Origin: Octopus sinensis
Lineage: Eukaryota
NCBI RefSeq assembly: GCF_006345805.1
Contig: NC_043003.1
Location: 34,720,001 to 34,784,000 of the forward strand
Reading direction: 5' to 3'
DNA: 64,000 bases
A model generated the notes under the pieces. It was not told where the DNA came from. It worked only from the letters and a program-made list of their open reading frames with translations, and ran no database searches. The stretch's first letter is position 1. Each line of letters opens with the position of its first letter. Both the position numbers and the translations under genes were made by a program. This document shows positions 42,480-57,459 of this stretch, piece by piece.

Positions 42480-42905
42480 TTGTCGATTCGATGAATGAGT
42501 TTTCAGCAGGACCTGTATGCACAGTGTTCTCGGTTGGTTGTTTTGCTGTCTAGTGGTTTGAAGATCATGTTGAAGACGTTGCAGTAGTGGTCTCCGTCAT
42601 CTGGCGGTAGATTCGACCTTCCTCTACATTGGGTTCTTCCAGCCTCCAGTTGTTGATCCTGGCTGCATTAATGTCAGAGATGATGATCTCGTAACATCTT
42701 CTCCACTGAGTTCTATTCAGTGCTATCAATTCTCTTGTCTTCAGATTTATCTTGCAGGTTTTTAGGCAGGTATCTAGAGTATCCTTATAATTGAGTGGTG
42801 GGCGGTCTTGGTGCCTGGCACTACAGCTAATCTGACCATAATAGGTACGTGAGTGTCTTCCATGCAAACAACATAGCCCAGCTCAGTTGCGCATTGATAT
42901 GTCTC
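42480..42905 (-). mobile_element. 3' end of an RTE-clade LINE (5'-truncated)
   Basis: Minus frames: GYVVCMEDTH (cf. WAGHVVRMEDTRLP), YYGQISCSARHQDRPPLNYKDTLDTCLKTCKINLKTRELIALNRTQWRR (cf. LYGEL..G.R..GRP..RYKD.LK..L...I....WE..A.NR..WR), then a decayed C..C-like segment. Confidence 0.8.
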
Positions 42906-44030
42906 GGTCCTGCTCTCTCGTGTATTAATCATATGCGTGTGCGTGTATACATATATATGCAAAGGCACATAGACAGGAGTAATGTTATAGGTTCCTATGG
43001 GTGTCTGTGTTATATCTGTCTATGTATCACTGCAGTTTGTCTCTTTCTCTATCTATTATAACTGTTATTGGCGTTGTTCATAGCTGCTCTTTACTGCAAG
43101 CATTTCCCGAAAAAATCGTCGTCATCGTCGCTGTTGTTTCTGCGGCTATTCATGTTGTTGTTGTTGTTGTTGTAACTGTTCGGGAATTGGAATTTAACAA
43201 GGACAAAAAAAAGGAGAGAAATTAAAGAAATAAATAGCGCTGCTGGAAAGGAAACGAAAGAAGATAAAAGAATAAAACAAAATATATGAAGAATCCATTT
43301 GTATGGTTTCAATTCTACCAGCGAGCCATTAGGTTTTATTCTATATTGCCACTATTGTCTTTACTTGGTGATCAACATCCTAAACTGGGCATCGTTCGTC
43401 TAACTTATAAAATAACGGAACTGGAAACCTTATAGTAGTGTTCATTTTCTCAGTCTCACGTACACTCATATACTCGTTAAAACGCAAGCATTCATAGACA
43501 GACATAGAACGATATATAAACACGTAAATATATATACACACTGTAGGAAAAAAAAAACACATGCATACACACATCTTTCCTGCTTCGCACTAAGAAATTC
43601 AGATAAACATATTTGCAATGCGCTTATAGATACGAACATTCACGCAAAGTATGTGGTATATACTCACATATTGTGAAAGACATACATAAAATACAATTAC
43701 AGGAAAATTGCAGACACACAGATTAGCGCACGCGCACGCGCACGTGGTCGTATACGAACGCGTAGAACTTCGAGTAAACAAATGCACACATGCATATTTG
43801 TAAAGAACCTGATAACATATAAATAAACACATAAGAATTCATAATAAGATACACGTATAGTTGTTCGAATATATACAGGAATGCATATGCACAAAAGCAG
43901 AATAATAAACTAGTGCACACAGTTGAACACACAAACGTAAACACGAACACACCACTGGCCTCAACGCTATATAGATACCTGCAGAAGCACAAAAACACAC
44001 AGGTATCCATACATTATTCACACACACACA

Positions 44031-44061
<31 letters not shown>

Positions 44062-44624
44062 CCCATCTTTAATGAGTTTCCGATTATTAATCCATGCTCT
44101 TGACTATTAATCCATGTGTTAGGGCCCCATATAGATCATCATTATGCGGCCGACTCCCGGGATAGAAGTTAGTTATGCACTAAAGCTAGCGATGTTACAA
44201 GCTATAGTATACATAGAGCAAGCCAATACAAATAGTTAGTTCCTATGTACGTTTCACTAGTGAACTAAATTGGAATTCATCATGGCCGTTGCAAGTGCAT
44301 TAGAATGTCTAAACGCAAGATATTATCAGGGGAACATTGTTGCATTCTGTGACAAAGGAAAGATACTCAGGAACTAAGTAATTATACTGCTGTATATCTT
44401 AAACAATATATATGTATGTACTCAGACATAAAGTTTGATGTAAATGAATCGTAGTTGGTTTCAACAAAGAGTTTTCTAGTTACTCGGTCATGTTAACTAC
44501 TTTCCACCTACTCATTGAATTATAGTGTAGGTGTCTGAGTATTCCCCAGAGCCATATATTTATCACGTAAGTCTCAAGGACAGTGAGAGTAAAATTGACT
44601 CTCAATTAAAAGTACAATCCATTC

Positions 44625-44830
44625 CATGGGCTTCCATGCTGTCTCCGCCCACCCAGTTCCACTTACAATACTGAGGTCGACCTGAGACATTTGAATCAGA
44701 CTCCAGCTAGTGGGATTGGACCCGGTATCACAGAAAGGCAAAGCTGACCACGGCAAAATTTGAACTCAGACCACGAAGAACAATGACAAATATGATAAGG
44801 AATATGTCAGACGTTCCATCATTCCGATCA
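44625..44830 (-). mobile_element. Fused SINE remnants (family A fragment joined to family B fragment)
   Basis: CCATGGGCTTCC...TTCCACTTACAA...AGTGGGATTGGACCCGG (A-like, cf. 1201-1226) runs into GAAAGGCAAAGCTGACCACGGCAAAATTTGAACTCAGA (B-like, cf. 4337-4372). Confidence 0.45.
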
Positions 44831-44912
44831 TTTGCTGTTTAAGTATTGATTAAAAGACGTTCAGTTGTCATGCAATACGTTTAGAATTAATAACCATACT
44901 CAATTTATTATA

Positions 44913-46108
44913 TCAGGTTGGTGAAAATTTAAAGGCCGATTTTAAGGTCTCTATTAAAAACGAAAAAAGCCATGATTAAGACAATATTTATTCGTTGACA
45001 TAATTTCCACTGCTTTCTAGAACTTCGTTACATCTTTCAACAAGCTTATAAATGCCACGCTTGTAAAATTGTTTAGGTTTTCATTTTCGGCCTCTTGATG
45101 TCAATCTAAGACAATTCAAACAGTTCTGTGATCCCTGAAACAACTGATAACCAGAAAGAGCGAGGTCTGGAGAATATGGAGGATGAAGTAATATTTCCCA
45201 ACTAAGCTTTGGTCAGTCGAGTTGTATGAAGACGAGCATTATCATGGTGAAAAATGCCACACTTTCTGTTGATTAAGCAGTGTCGCTTTCTGTTCAAAGC
45301 GGCTTTCAAACAATGAAGTTGATCACAGTAGAGATTACCAGTTTGATTGCTGTATAACAGTTCGTAACGGGCAATTTATTCAATACCCCAGCATACACTC
45401 AGCATGATCTTCTTTGATGAAGTTTTCCTCTTAGATGTTGAACAGGTCTTCCTCCTCGACTGATCCAGGTTGGCGGCGTTCAACGTTATAATAAAGGGTC
45501 CATTTCTCATTATCTGTAATAAGCCTTCCTATGGTGTGAAAACAATGACTGACCGCAAACAACACGCCGTTGCAGATTCTCTGGTGACAGTTCGTGCGAG
45601 ATCCATTTTCCAGCCATGGAAACCTTTCCAATCCTTTTCAAACGGAGTAGAACAATTGTATGGGCTTCGGTAAACTCTTCTGCAAGGGCTCTACGAATAG
45701 CGGTTTCACTTTCTGTGACAGCAGCTTCCAACTCTTCGATATCGTGTCGTTTTGAACGACCTTCTTTCAAACTCAAATTTCCACATCCGAAGCGAGAAAA
45801 CCATCTCTTGCAACTTCTTTCACTCACTACATCATCTCTATAAACCCTGTGAAGACATTTTGCTGCTGCGCTTGCATTGACACCTTTATGAAACTCATAG
45901 AGTAAGATATGTCTAATGTGGTCTTTAGATTGGATATGGGTGCGAATATAGCAGAAGATTATGGCCAATACAATGAGAAACTGAAAGAAAAATGTATAAA
46001 TTACTCATTGTGACATTCTTAAAACATCGCAAGAGGTACAATTTAAAAAAAATACTATCTAAAACTATTTTCTAAAAAAAATTGGCTATTACATTTGCAC
46101 CAACCTGA
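44913..46108 (-). mobile_element. mariner (DD34D-type) transposon, TIR-to-TIR, transposase pseudogene
   Basis: TA-flanked imperfect TIRs TCAGGTTGGTGAAAATTTAAAGGCCGATTTT / rc TCAGGTTGGTGCAAATGTAATAGCCAATTTT. Minus-strand protein HIRHILLYEFHKG...RWFSRF...GKWISHELS, ITDNEKW, FHHDNARLH, HPPYSPDLALSG. Frameshifted, with the catalytic residues partly lost. Confidence 0.95.
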
Positions 46109-46289
46109 TATTTTCAGCGAACATTTCTATAAAGTTATCTAATGACCATAGCATCAGCAGTGTAAGATGAAGACTACACACCTACTGAAAAAGCTATGAT
46201 TATCGCAAAAGTCGGAGTCTTCTGCCCATCTAATGTAGTGATTTAACATATTTTATCAAAAATAAAATTAGCCGCAAGGTGAGAACGGA

Positions 46290-46530
46290 TTATTATTATT
46301 AAAATAACAACTTCTGATGAAGAAGGAGATGATAGAGAACCTCTGGGATCAAAACTTATTAAAGCCAAAATTCGAAAGTAATCCGGAGGTTTTGGCTATA
46401 CGAAGATATTCACAAAGGGTTATATACTTCACCAGGCTTCACAAATCTATAGCAACAATTAGTCTACTACGCTAATGAGGTCTAATAATACTGAAATATG
46501 TCCAAAGTTGTCAGTTAAAAACCAAAGGAC
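46290..46530 (+). other. Possible decayed retroelement terminal repeat with hammerhead-like relic at 46465-46508
   Basis: CTAATGA-GGTCTAATAATACT-GAAA-TATGT-C: core spacing is preserved but has G5A, and helix I is broken. Confidence 0.3.
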
Positions 46531-47028
46531 TGATTACTGCTACAAAATTCTAAATTTAATTAATTTTCAATAAATTTCTCAGTTATAATTTTATGGGTTG
46601 CCGAGATTTATGACCAAAATTAGTCAATTAGATAATGACTGATTTTATTTCCAAGATTATAATTTTTAACTAACTAAAATTTCTTAGCTCACGACATCTA
46701 TTATCCTGGTGCCTAACTTATTAAGCCAGACTACTTGACTGATGGGTAGAAACTGAACTTTAGAAAAGAATGCAAAATCATAGACGAGCAAAGACTTAAG
46801 ATGACAAATACAAAGACAAAAAGCAATGAAGGCTCAGAGGATCGTATGTGTATGTGTCTGTGTGAGATATAGATTGAAGAAAGTAAATGAGTGGTAGGAG
46901 ACATAGGAAATGACATGTAAAAGGAATTTATAAATAGGCAGATATATAAATGCAAGCGAATGTAGGGTGCTTCAAACAAGAGAGAAATAAAAACGCAAGA
47001 AACAAGAACTGTGTGACAAAGACAAATT

Positions 47029-47029
<1 letters not shown>

Positions 47030-47120
<91 letters not shown>
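47030..47120. repeat. (GATA)n array
   Basis: Directly visible. Confidence 0.95.
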
Positions 47121-47121
<1 letters not shown>

Positions 47122-48020
47122 ACCTTTTATCGTGTGAGAGAGATAGAAACAGACAGAGATTTAGAGAGCTAGAGAGTGTGAAAGACAGGCAAAGAAAGTG
47201 AAAGAGACTGAAAGAGAGACAAATAGCGAGTTAAAGACAGAGAGATGGAAGAAATAGACTATGCAAGAATGAAGTGGAAATAGGAACTACATAGAGAGAT
47301 GTCGAATTTGCAGTCTCTTTGTTTTCTTGTTGCCTGTCCGTCTTTCAATATTCGTTCTAATCAGAGAAAAAACCGGAATCCCCCGGGACTCGTGCGTCTG
47401 ATTTAGAACCTTTGATTGGAGGCAAATAAAAGCAAAGTAGTACGAATCTTTGAACAGGACTACTATTCATAGCATGAGGTAGCTTGTTTCTCTCGCTAGG
47501 ATGCCGAACCTTTGCCAAAGATTTTCAAACGAGTCTTCCTTTGCTTCTTTCAAATATTTGCTTCAAGCATGCGTGAGTAAACTCATGTATAGAGACACAT
47601 ACACGCGTATATTTCGACATAAACTTTCGTTCATGTATGCGCACATACATACATTTATGCACATGTTCACATATACTTGTGCAAATAATATATTGATGAA
47701 CAGAGAGATATAGATACTTGTGAATACAAACATACACTTGTATACACATACCTCAGCTCCTGTACACTTAGCGACAGAGCACTGCTTGGCATTGTACCAT
47801 AGTGGGACATTTATCTACCTTTCTATTTATCGATCCTTATCTATATGTACATATATCATTATTTCAATATCGTTCGTCTTCAATAGGAAAATTTGCGCAT
47901 ATACACGTATGTATATGTATGCATATATACATACATGCATACATACACACACACGTACGTGTATATGTATATATAGTTATATATATACGTGTATAAATAT
48001 ACACACGCTCACATATATAC

Positions 48021-48089
<69 letters not shown>

Positions 48090-48398
48090 TAGGTAGATAT
48101 ATAGATATGTATAAATTTATGCATATATATTTGCATATACGTGGATATGTGCGTATATACGGATATGAATATATGGATTAGTATATTTAGAGGCCAATCA
48201 AATGACAGGAATATATTACATGTCTATGTATGTTTCTATGTAAGTATGCACGTACATTTGTGTATACATTTGATTACTTATAGATGTTTCAGCAAAAAAT
48301 ATAATCATACTGATGCATTACGTTTGCTCACATAATACATATTATATACATTCACATGCTTACATACATATACAAAAATATACATACATACATATGTA

Positions 48399-48476
<78 letters not shown>

Positions 48477-50961
48477 TTATATACATACATATATACACAT
48501 ATATCCATATACGCACCTTACGTATATATTCACAGACATACATACATCATTTATTGGTCTTACTAATTGGATTGTATCCATGCTAGGTAGTTTTATCGTA
48601 ATTTGTATTTTCCATTTCGGTCATTTATATGGAATCAGCATCTTACCTGCTACCTTAATTTATGAAACCCGAAAGATAAATTGTAAATCGTGATTATTGC
48701 CTGAAGGGAGGTAACTTAGTCGGCCAAAGATATTTATTCATATTCACAGCAAAGGTTTGTTCACTCCCAAGTTCGATAAAACGGAGTGTGTATCTGTGAG
48801 TGTGTATATGTAGATATATATATATATATATATTAGGTGTATTGGCAAATTGGCAAAATCGGTAAGGCATCTTAAAATGTATTCTGCAGTATATATTCAA
48901 TCTACCAATTCCCTGATTTCTAATCTTGCTGAGAGTTTCATTTCCATTGTCACTTACGAGTTGATCAGAACAATTAATAGGTGTAAAGTTAAAACATATA
49001 TCCTATATGCAGTGGAAAATATTTCCAGTATAGAACTTGATATGTTGGGTATAATGCACTTATGAACAACTGAGCCCAAATTCGATTAGACTGAAAAATT
49101 TTTACAAACTAAATCAAACCTCAAGATTGTGTACTTCAACAGACATGGTCACAAGCAATTTCGCAAATGTTTCACGAATCAAATTTTCTTGGATTATATA
49201 TATATATATATATACCAAGCGGCACATCTGTGGGTAACAGAGCAGGAGGAAGAATGAAAATCAGCTGAAGCAAGAAAGTTACTTAGAGCATAAAAATGAA
49301 AAGAAAAGAAGAGCAAAAGCAAATGGGAGATAGAGCATATCAATAATGAAGCATAATATGCATACATATGATACTAATCATAAAGCAATGGTTGTAGGGG
49401 AAAACCATATTCAATATCACAGAGGTGAGCTGTGATATAATGATAAATTTTAGATAGATTTTGAAGAGAAACGTCGGTCGAATTGCCTTTCTGTGCAAAT
49501 GATAGGCAAACCCAGCACAACCTCGTTATGGTGAGATTGCGATGAAACTTGAATTACAAAATGAATTAGATTTTTTTCTTTTATTCAATTTCTGAAAATG
49601 TTCTGGTATTTTAGATCCGTGTTGTTCTCTGTTTGTGTGTGGGAAGTGACGTATGCGAGGTATTTTTTAGAGCCGTAGGTTATTTGCACGCCATTGTATT
49701 TTTTTCAAGAGAATACCATATTTCATGATGTAATTTCTGGAAAGTTAAGAATGAAATCAGTTAAGCCACCAAGTCCCTTTATATTTCATGAGTGAGGACT
49801 CTTAACGCAAAATTTGATAAATCAATTGCTGGTTTTTATCGCTGAGTGATAGAATTCTTCACAAAACAATGCAACTAGGTGAAAGTTTTAATTTAAACAT
49901 GAATTAATGAAAGTATATAAAAGTATGTAAAAGAAAACAGTTATCGAAAGGATAAAAGAGAAGGACATGCTTATTTGTTAACATGTACACGTACACATAC
50001 ATGTACAGATATACAAAAAGAAAGATATATATAAAAAAAAACGGGAGAAAAAGAGAGTAAGAAAAAAAGGTAGTGTTATGAGTATAAGATGGGGAAGGTG
50101 AGAGATAGAGAGAGTGAGAGAGAGAGAGAAAGAGATAGACAGAGACACAGAGAGTGAGTGAGAGACAGGAAAATTATGTCAGTGTGAAGAATAATAAAAT
50201 AATGTTGAGTAATTAAGTGATTAATAAGAAAGTGTGATAAAATACGTGTTTATAAGGGTGCATATTTTTCAGGAATTCAATAATCTATTATTTCACACAC
50301 AAAAACATTTATTAAGGAAAATTTCCTGTCATACACACACGTATGCGTTCGTATGCTATGTGCGGGTATACATACACGCATATGTACATCACATGCGCAA
50401 ACTCACACACACACACATATGTATGTATCTGTACGTGTATATATGTATATATATAAGTGTGATAATATACATGTGTGTATGTATATGTATATCTAATTAT
50501 CTAATTACATATCTAAATACATATAAATGTGCATATATTATATATATAAATATATGTATGTGTGTATATAGACACAAACACACATATACACATGCACACA
50601 TACATGCACTTATACGTACATATAGGTATGCATATATACATGCATATATGTGTATGTGTATGTGTGTATGCATACAGAAAGAGAAGGAGATAAATGACTA
50701 TAGCGTTATATACATAGACATATATGTGTATACATGTTTTCATGCATACATATGTACAAGTAACCTCCTCCCACCCGCACATATTTGTATATACGTAGGT
50801 ATATATGCATTCATAGCAACATATACTGAGATAGATATACCCAACAGAGTATACATACATGTATATATATATGTATATATATGTATGTGTGTGTGTCATT
50901 GTTGAATACATGGAATTTAGAAGCAAAAATGCATGTGTATGAGTGTGTGTGCGTGCGCGCG

Positions 50962-51003
<42 letters not shown>

Positions 51004-51584
51004 TGTGTGAGTGTGTAAAAATCAATGGTTTCTTTCAAAAGGTTACGTAGGAAATATCGATCAACTTGGTATATATGTCGCCTGCATATTGTATGGATGA
51101 AAGGGTTTCTACAAGAACGAAATGTAATGAGACTCACTATATTTGGGGTGGAAACCCGGGTATTAAAGCGTATTTTTCATAGCTAATTTTATTATGGGTT
51201 GGCATTGCTTTTACTGACATCGTATGATAGAGAAGCATTTGATGTTATGCTTAACGCTATATTTCTGATTAGGTGCATATACATACACACACACACACAC
51301 AGACACATTCACATACACACTTATATATATATATAGGTCCTTATAAGGTTATATATACTTTGCTGCATTTTTTCTGTTGAAGTCTAGCTATTTATTCAAA
51401 TGTGAATACGTTGTTGCTAATGTGGATTTTTTGTGTGTATCTTTTAAATGGTAACAAAATTTTGCGTACAAAAGTACTGGTAACCGGATACATTCTGCAC
51501 ATATGTACGTGGTTACATTTGCAAAATCTCTAATTCCATATGCGTATGCTTGAGTGCATATACCTACAATACCTATATACCCAC

Positions 51585-51880
51585 CACACATACATACCCA
51601 CCATACATACATACCCACATACATACCCACATACATACCCACATACATACAACACACACATACATACACACACATACATACCCACATACATACATACCCA
51701 CATACATACATACCCACATACATACCCACATACATGCATACACACACGTACATACCCACATACATACATACACACACATACATACATACACACACACATA
51801 CATACACACATACATACACACACATACACACACACGTACATACACATACGTACATACACACACATACATACACACACACA
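51585..51880. repeat. Compound (CATA)/(CATACCCA)/(CA) array
   Basis: Directly visible. Confidence 0.85.
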
Positions 51881-51995
51881 GATCATAAATGATGATGGTT
51901 AATACATGCTTTCCTTCAAAACCTTGCTATCAAGTATCCGTTAAAAATTTACTCTAAAATTCAAAGAGAAACAGAACATATACACATACATACGG

Positions 51996-52078
<83 letters not shown>

Positions 52079-52796
52079 GTACGTACAGACATACATATAT
52101 ATCATTTGTCTTTTCCAGCCCGATAATGGTTTCGCTGGCTGAAACTTCGAAGTCAGTATCAATACTATTTTTTCTTATAGCATAATAAATCCGTTCTGTA
52201 CAAATGGATGGAACAACCCTTCAGATTAATGTAAAGCTGTTTCTTATGATAACTAAACATGACGACAAACATCAATACACACACACACACACACGCACAC
52301 ACACACACACACACACACACGCACGCACACATTACATAGATAGATAATGTTTATTTATTTATGCATATGTATGCGATTGCATTTCTTTATACATGTATGT
52401 ACGCACAGTCATTATTTTTTACTGTTACCTCCTTCGTTTACATTATATAGAATGCTTATATGTATCGAATCCGAAACGCTTGATTGGAATATCGTTGCGC
52501 CTACCAAAAATATTGATATTTAAACAAAGTCTGAACATGTTATTTGTTTCAGAGATAAAGAAAAATGAGAGCAATATAATCGAATCTAACATTATAGTAG
52601 TATTACGATCGTTTATCGACTCCTAAATAACGAAATGTAAAATGGACGACGATGAGATTTGAACTTGGAGAGCAGAGAATAAGTAGGAATATCCAAATCG
52701 TTATTTTCGTGTGTGGAAGGTGAGAGGGAGAGAGAGAGAGTATGGGAGAGGAGAGAATGAGGAAGAGTGAGAGAGATTGAAAGAGAGAAGGAGAGT

Positions 52797-52830
<34 letters not shown>

Positions 52831-54619
52831 GAGAAATAGATTTAAGAACTGAACCTTATATCCATGACAGCCTCGTTGTGCATTCGTAAAAGATAGAAGA
52901 GTTTCTTTTCTACAAGGATGCTGTTGATTTTCAGACACTCATATTTATTGTATATATATTCTTTGAAGAATCTTAGCTCATTAATAAATTAATTAGTCTG
53001 TAAACATCATAGAAAAAAATTTACATCTAAATTGACACATCGTTGAAAGTTAAGAATACTTATAAACGAAAAATGAAACGGAGAAATAAATAAATGAAAG
53101 AGTTTAATGAAATATTAAGAAAAAAAATTAATAAATAAATAAATCATTTGAGGAAATCGTGTGAAAAATAAACACTAAATCTTTAACATTTGTAAATCCT
53201 TTGAACAGAGAATAAAATTTTAATATGAATACACGTACACTATCCTTTTCATACAAATAGTCTCACATAGTAAAGATTACATATATATCTGTACGCGTGT
53301 GCATGAGTGTGCATGAGTGAGTCTTTTACTTCTTAAAATCAGTACACACACACATACACACACAAATACACACATATATATATATATAATTGTGTATTAA
53401 GCACATACAAACATACACACACGCACACATACACGCACATATATTTATATTTGTGTATTACGTACATAAACAAACACACACACACAGAGAAGCATACACA
53501 GATGCGCACTTAAATAGATTTGCACATTAAGTGATGCACACACATTCTACAACTATTACGAATTACATCGTTTAAGGTTTTAACTTTGATCGTGACTTAA
53601 GATATTTCTCACTCACTCTGCTTGTTTAATCTAAACAGGCAGCGCTCACCATTGGAAGATGCACGAGATTTGCATGAAAAAAAATATGCACTCTTTTGTG
53701 TGCGTATATTAGTAAATTCGAATCGTACAATAGACATGACCAGTAATACACATGTTTATGCTAAGGCTGTTCTCGCATCGTCAAGATATTCCCTACCAGT
53801 GAATTCATAACATATCTCTCAATTCATCTTTTAATGAATTCTCTCAATTCCTCAGTTTCCACCCCACCCCATCCTTTCATTATATTTTATTCCTCGTTGT
53901 AATTAATTTCTCGCATTTTTTTTTCGATTTGTTTTCTTAGTTATCCCGATTCTATCATTGTTCTATGACTGAATCATCGAAGCAGTCTTTCTAATTACAC
54001 GAACTCCAATACTATGTCAGTGTATGAGTTGATCGCTAGTTTACTAAGATATAATACCATGTCAGTTTCTAGATATACATTCACGAAATTTTGTTTGAGA
54101 ACAATACAGTTATTGCAATTAGATACTGTAGTTACACTGGATCATCAAGTTTTAGTGTCTTACGACACAGCTTAGAAATAACTTTGAAATATTCATTTAA
54201 GATTAAATATATTCACGATAATGGCTGCCATCCGCAAATTTTACATCTCACCTCTTCATTTCTTTAAACAGGATCTTGCTTGAAGTTCAGGAAATAACAA
54301 AAGCAAGTAATGTGATATTAGAAAAGTAGTTTACAGAAATAATTTCACTTGTCTGTACTCAAACATTTTCTATTAAGAATTGTGATTATCAAGGTAGAAT
54401 TTCTCAGTCATATTTTCATTACAGTGATTCCATTTCTGTTACAGCATTAATTCCTCTGAAATAACGATGAATTCGAAAAAATTTCTGTAAAACCTTATTG
54501 CTATTTTTTCTATCCACTATTTTGTTATTTTCTTCTTCTGAAAGTAAACATAAAGTGTTTCGTTCATTCTTAAACACAGTGAACCCACGACCTTATTTTC
54601 TTAAGTCAATGGATCTTTA

Positions 54620-55524
54620 CGAGGTGTTATCAAAAAGTTCCCGGACTAGTTCTGTAGCCTGCCAACAGATTGCAGCACACGGCTGCGTGCGCAGTGAGAG
54701 TTGGCAGTGGCCTTCATGACGTAGTTTACCTAGTGACAACGCTGAGTTTACTTCGTAAGTTGTGAGATTTGTGTTGTTGTGATCAAGTGTATGATATTCT
54801 TTGCGATTTTGTCATGGACAAGAACAAAGTGCCAACTTGAAATTTTACGTTGAACTTGGGAAGTCTGCTACAGAGAAGTTGAGCATGCTTCGGCAAGCTT
54901 ACGGCGACGAGGCAATGGGTCGTGCGCAATGTTTCAAGCGGCATGGGCGCTTCAAAAGCAGAAGAGCGTCTCTGGAATACCTGTCACGAGCGTCGCCACC
55001 GAAAATGTGGCATTGTGCATGGTGAATTCGCTCCCTCCCTCCAGGGCCAGACCGTCAATCGAAAATTCTACTGCGACATTTCGAAGCGTTTGAGAGGGAC
55101 ATTCAGCAAAAGAGACTGGATCTGTGGAACACAAAGGATTGGATTATTCACGACGACAATGCACCCTTTCACCGAGCTCACCTTACTCGTCAGTTTCTCG
55201 CCCAAAACAACGTGGTATTGCTTCCACACCCGCTCTATTCGCCAGATTTAGCACCTGCGGACTTCCATCTATTCCACAGGATAAAGATGCAACTCAAAGA
55301 TCGCCGTTTTAACGCCCTTGTCGAGATCCAGAGCGAATCGCAGAAGCTATTCGTTTCGCTTGCAGTAAACAATTTCCACGTCGGAATTCCTAAAGTAACA
55401 GGAACGCCGAGACCGGTGTATCGCTGCGCAAGATGTGTATTTAGAAAGATGATGCTAAAATTTAGGCAAATAAGTTATTTTTTGTTAACCATAACAAGTC
55501 CTGGAACGTTTCGATACCACCTCG
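54620..55524 (+). mobile_element. Internally deleted mariner (DD34D) transposon with both TIRs
   Basis: TA-flanked TIRs CGAGGTGTTATCAAAAAGTTCCCGGACT / rc CGAGGTGGTATCGAAACGTTCCAGGACT. The N-terminus (SANLKFYVELGKSATEKLSMLRQAYGDEAMG) joins directly to GIVHGEF..QGQTVNRKFYC and IIHDDNAPFH...HPLYSPDLAPADFHLF, with 34 residues between D2 and D3. The WVPxxL motif and first D region are missing. Confidence 0.95.
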
Positions 55525-56329
55525 TATTTGAAGGATATTCAGCTGCTATATTCTGCAGATCGAGTGACCAAGTATAGGTTCTTTCTTCAGTTCATCCCCA
55601 TTCATTACTTGGTAGGCGTAGGTACGTCAACCCCATGGATTAGATTTAATCACAAATTTTTACCAGCTAACCTCAATTAATTGAAAACACTTAATTGCCA
55701 CGTAAAGAATAAACTTCCAAGAATCGATTTCATTTATTCCACTGGCGTTCCAGTAATAGTTATTCTTAGGTGTTTAGGAAGTGTGTGTGCATATGTATTT
55801 TGAGAAAAAATACCTGATGTATGTTGGGTCAGGGTCAACGCACTCTTTCGTTCTGTGGGGTCGATAAAGAAAACATGAGTAATATGATGAAAAGAACTGA
55901 CAAATGTATCAAAGGGAAACAGTGTCATACGAATCTATCTCTAGGGGGCAAAAACTCATGATAGCAACTTCATATCAACTCAATGTAAATTTCCAGTCGA
56001 TAAAACTATGAATCATACTTACTTCTTTTACTGTAGTTTTAACATAATCATAAATGTATTGTTATAATATGGTGCAATCATATAACTATCATTATCAGAC
56101 AAACATACATATGTTTGTGTGACAATATACACATACATATCTATAAACTTACACATGCATACGTGCACATTCATGCACAAAGAAGATGCTTCCATATACA
56201 ATTTTGGGTGTTTTATTTGTGAAAGCTATTGATAGACATAGATTGATGGAGGTATATGTTCACTCCTCCCATTAAATCAGTTTTATACGCATAAGTATCT
56301 TGTGCAAGCATGTATGAATGTACATCTAT

Positions 56330-56484
<155 letters not shown>

Positions 56485-57132
56485 ACGTATAAATGTATAT
56501 GTATACATATATTTATATATATTAAATATATATGCATATATACACACACATATATATGTGTGTTATATATTAGATTATACATTTATTACATTTATATATA
56601 TTAAATACATAAGCATATGCAAACAGGTATATACAGTTATGTGTATATTCAGATATATGGATACATGCATATGTGTATTCGCGCGGACATGTATGCACAC
56701 ACACACACGTACACAGAAATAGATAGCGAAAGACATTTTTATACACTCAGAACCAACTACTATGAGAAAACAAGGAAAAAATAGCGAAGATATTAGTTGT
56801 GAACCAAACAAATTGAAGAACAGTTAGGAAAATTAAGTTTAATATTGATTAATAGTGACCCATGAAAAAAGATCAAACAATACCCCTCTTGTACAATCGA
56901 ATCTCTAATGTTTTGAAGGTGAAAAAAAAGTAAAGGAAATATAAATAAATAAATAAATAAATAAGAGAATGTATAAAAGGGCACGAGGTCTATACAAAAC
57001 ATGCGAGTAACTAATATTTCAACAGTCATAGTGGAATTATTTCTGCAAATGCATGAGGAAAATTCCTGCAGGAAAGGAAAATGGATACTTTTTATTTAGT
57101 AGCTCTTTCGTTGTCTCATTTCATATATATAT

Positions 57133-57411
57133 GGAAAGGCCCAGTGATTAGGGCAGTGGATTCGCGGTCGTAAGATCGCGGTTTCAAATCCCAGACTGGG
57201 CGTTGTATGTGTTTATTGAGCGAAAACACCTAAAAGCTCCACGAAGCTCCGGCAGGGGGTGGTGATCCCTGCTGTACTCTTTCGCCACTCTTTCTCTCTT
57301 TATTCTGTTGGCCTGCTCGCTTGGCCAGCGGGGTAGCGTCATTCGAAGGCTAAAACAATGTGAACGCATTGTGACCAGCGATGTGTAGCAACATCTGATA
57401 GCCTGGTCGGT

Positions 57412-57420
<9 letters not shown>
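57133..57420 (+). mobile_element. tRNA-derived SINE (family C head, tail type 2), inserted in (TA)n
   Basis: The first ~170 nt align with 35693-35875 (GGCCCAGTGATTAGGGCAG...TTTATTGAGCGAAAACAC...GCTCCGGCAGGGG...CCCTGCTGTACTCTTTCGCCAC). The 3' ~115 nt are unrelated to that copy. Confidence 0.9.

Positions 57421-57459
<39 letters not shown>

Noticed and set aside
44240-44290. Minus-strand AUGAUGA...GAAACGUA
   Set aside because: C3 is missing, helix II is weak and helix I does not pair; probably chance.
47365-47455. Acceptor-like CAG followed by KKPESPGTRASDLEPLIGGK*
   Set aside because: Too short, no recognisable homology, and no partner exon identifiable.
52110-52170. GAAACTTCGAAGTC, a palindromic helix III-like motif with GUC
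   Set aside because: No CUGANGA core at the right position and no helix I pairing.
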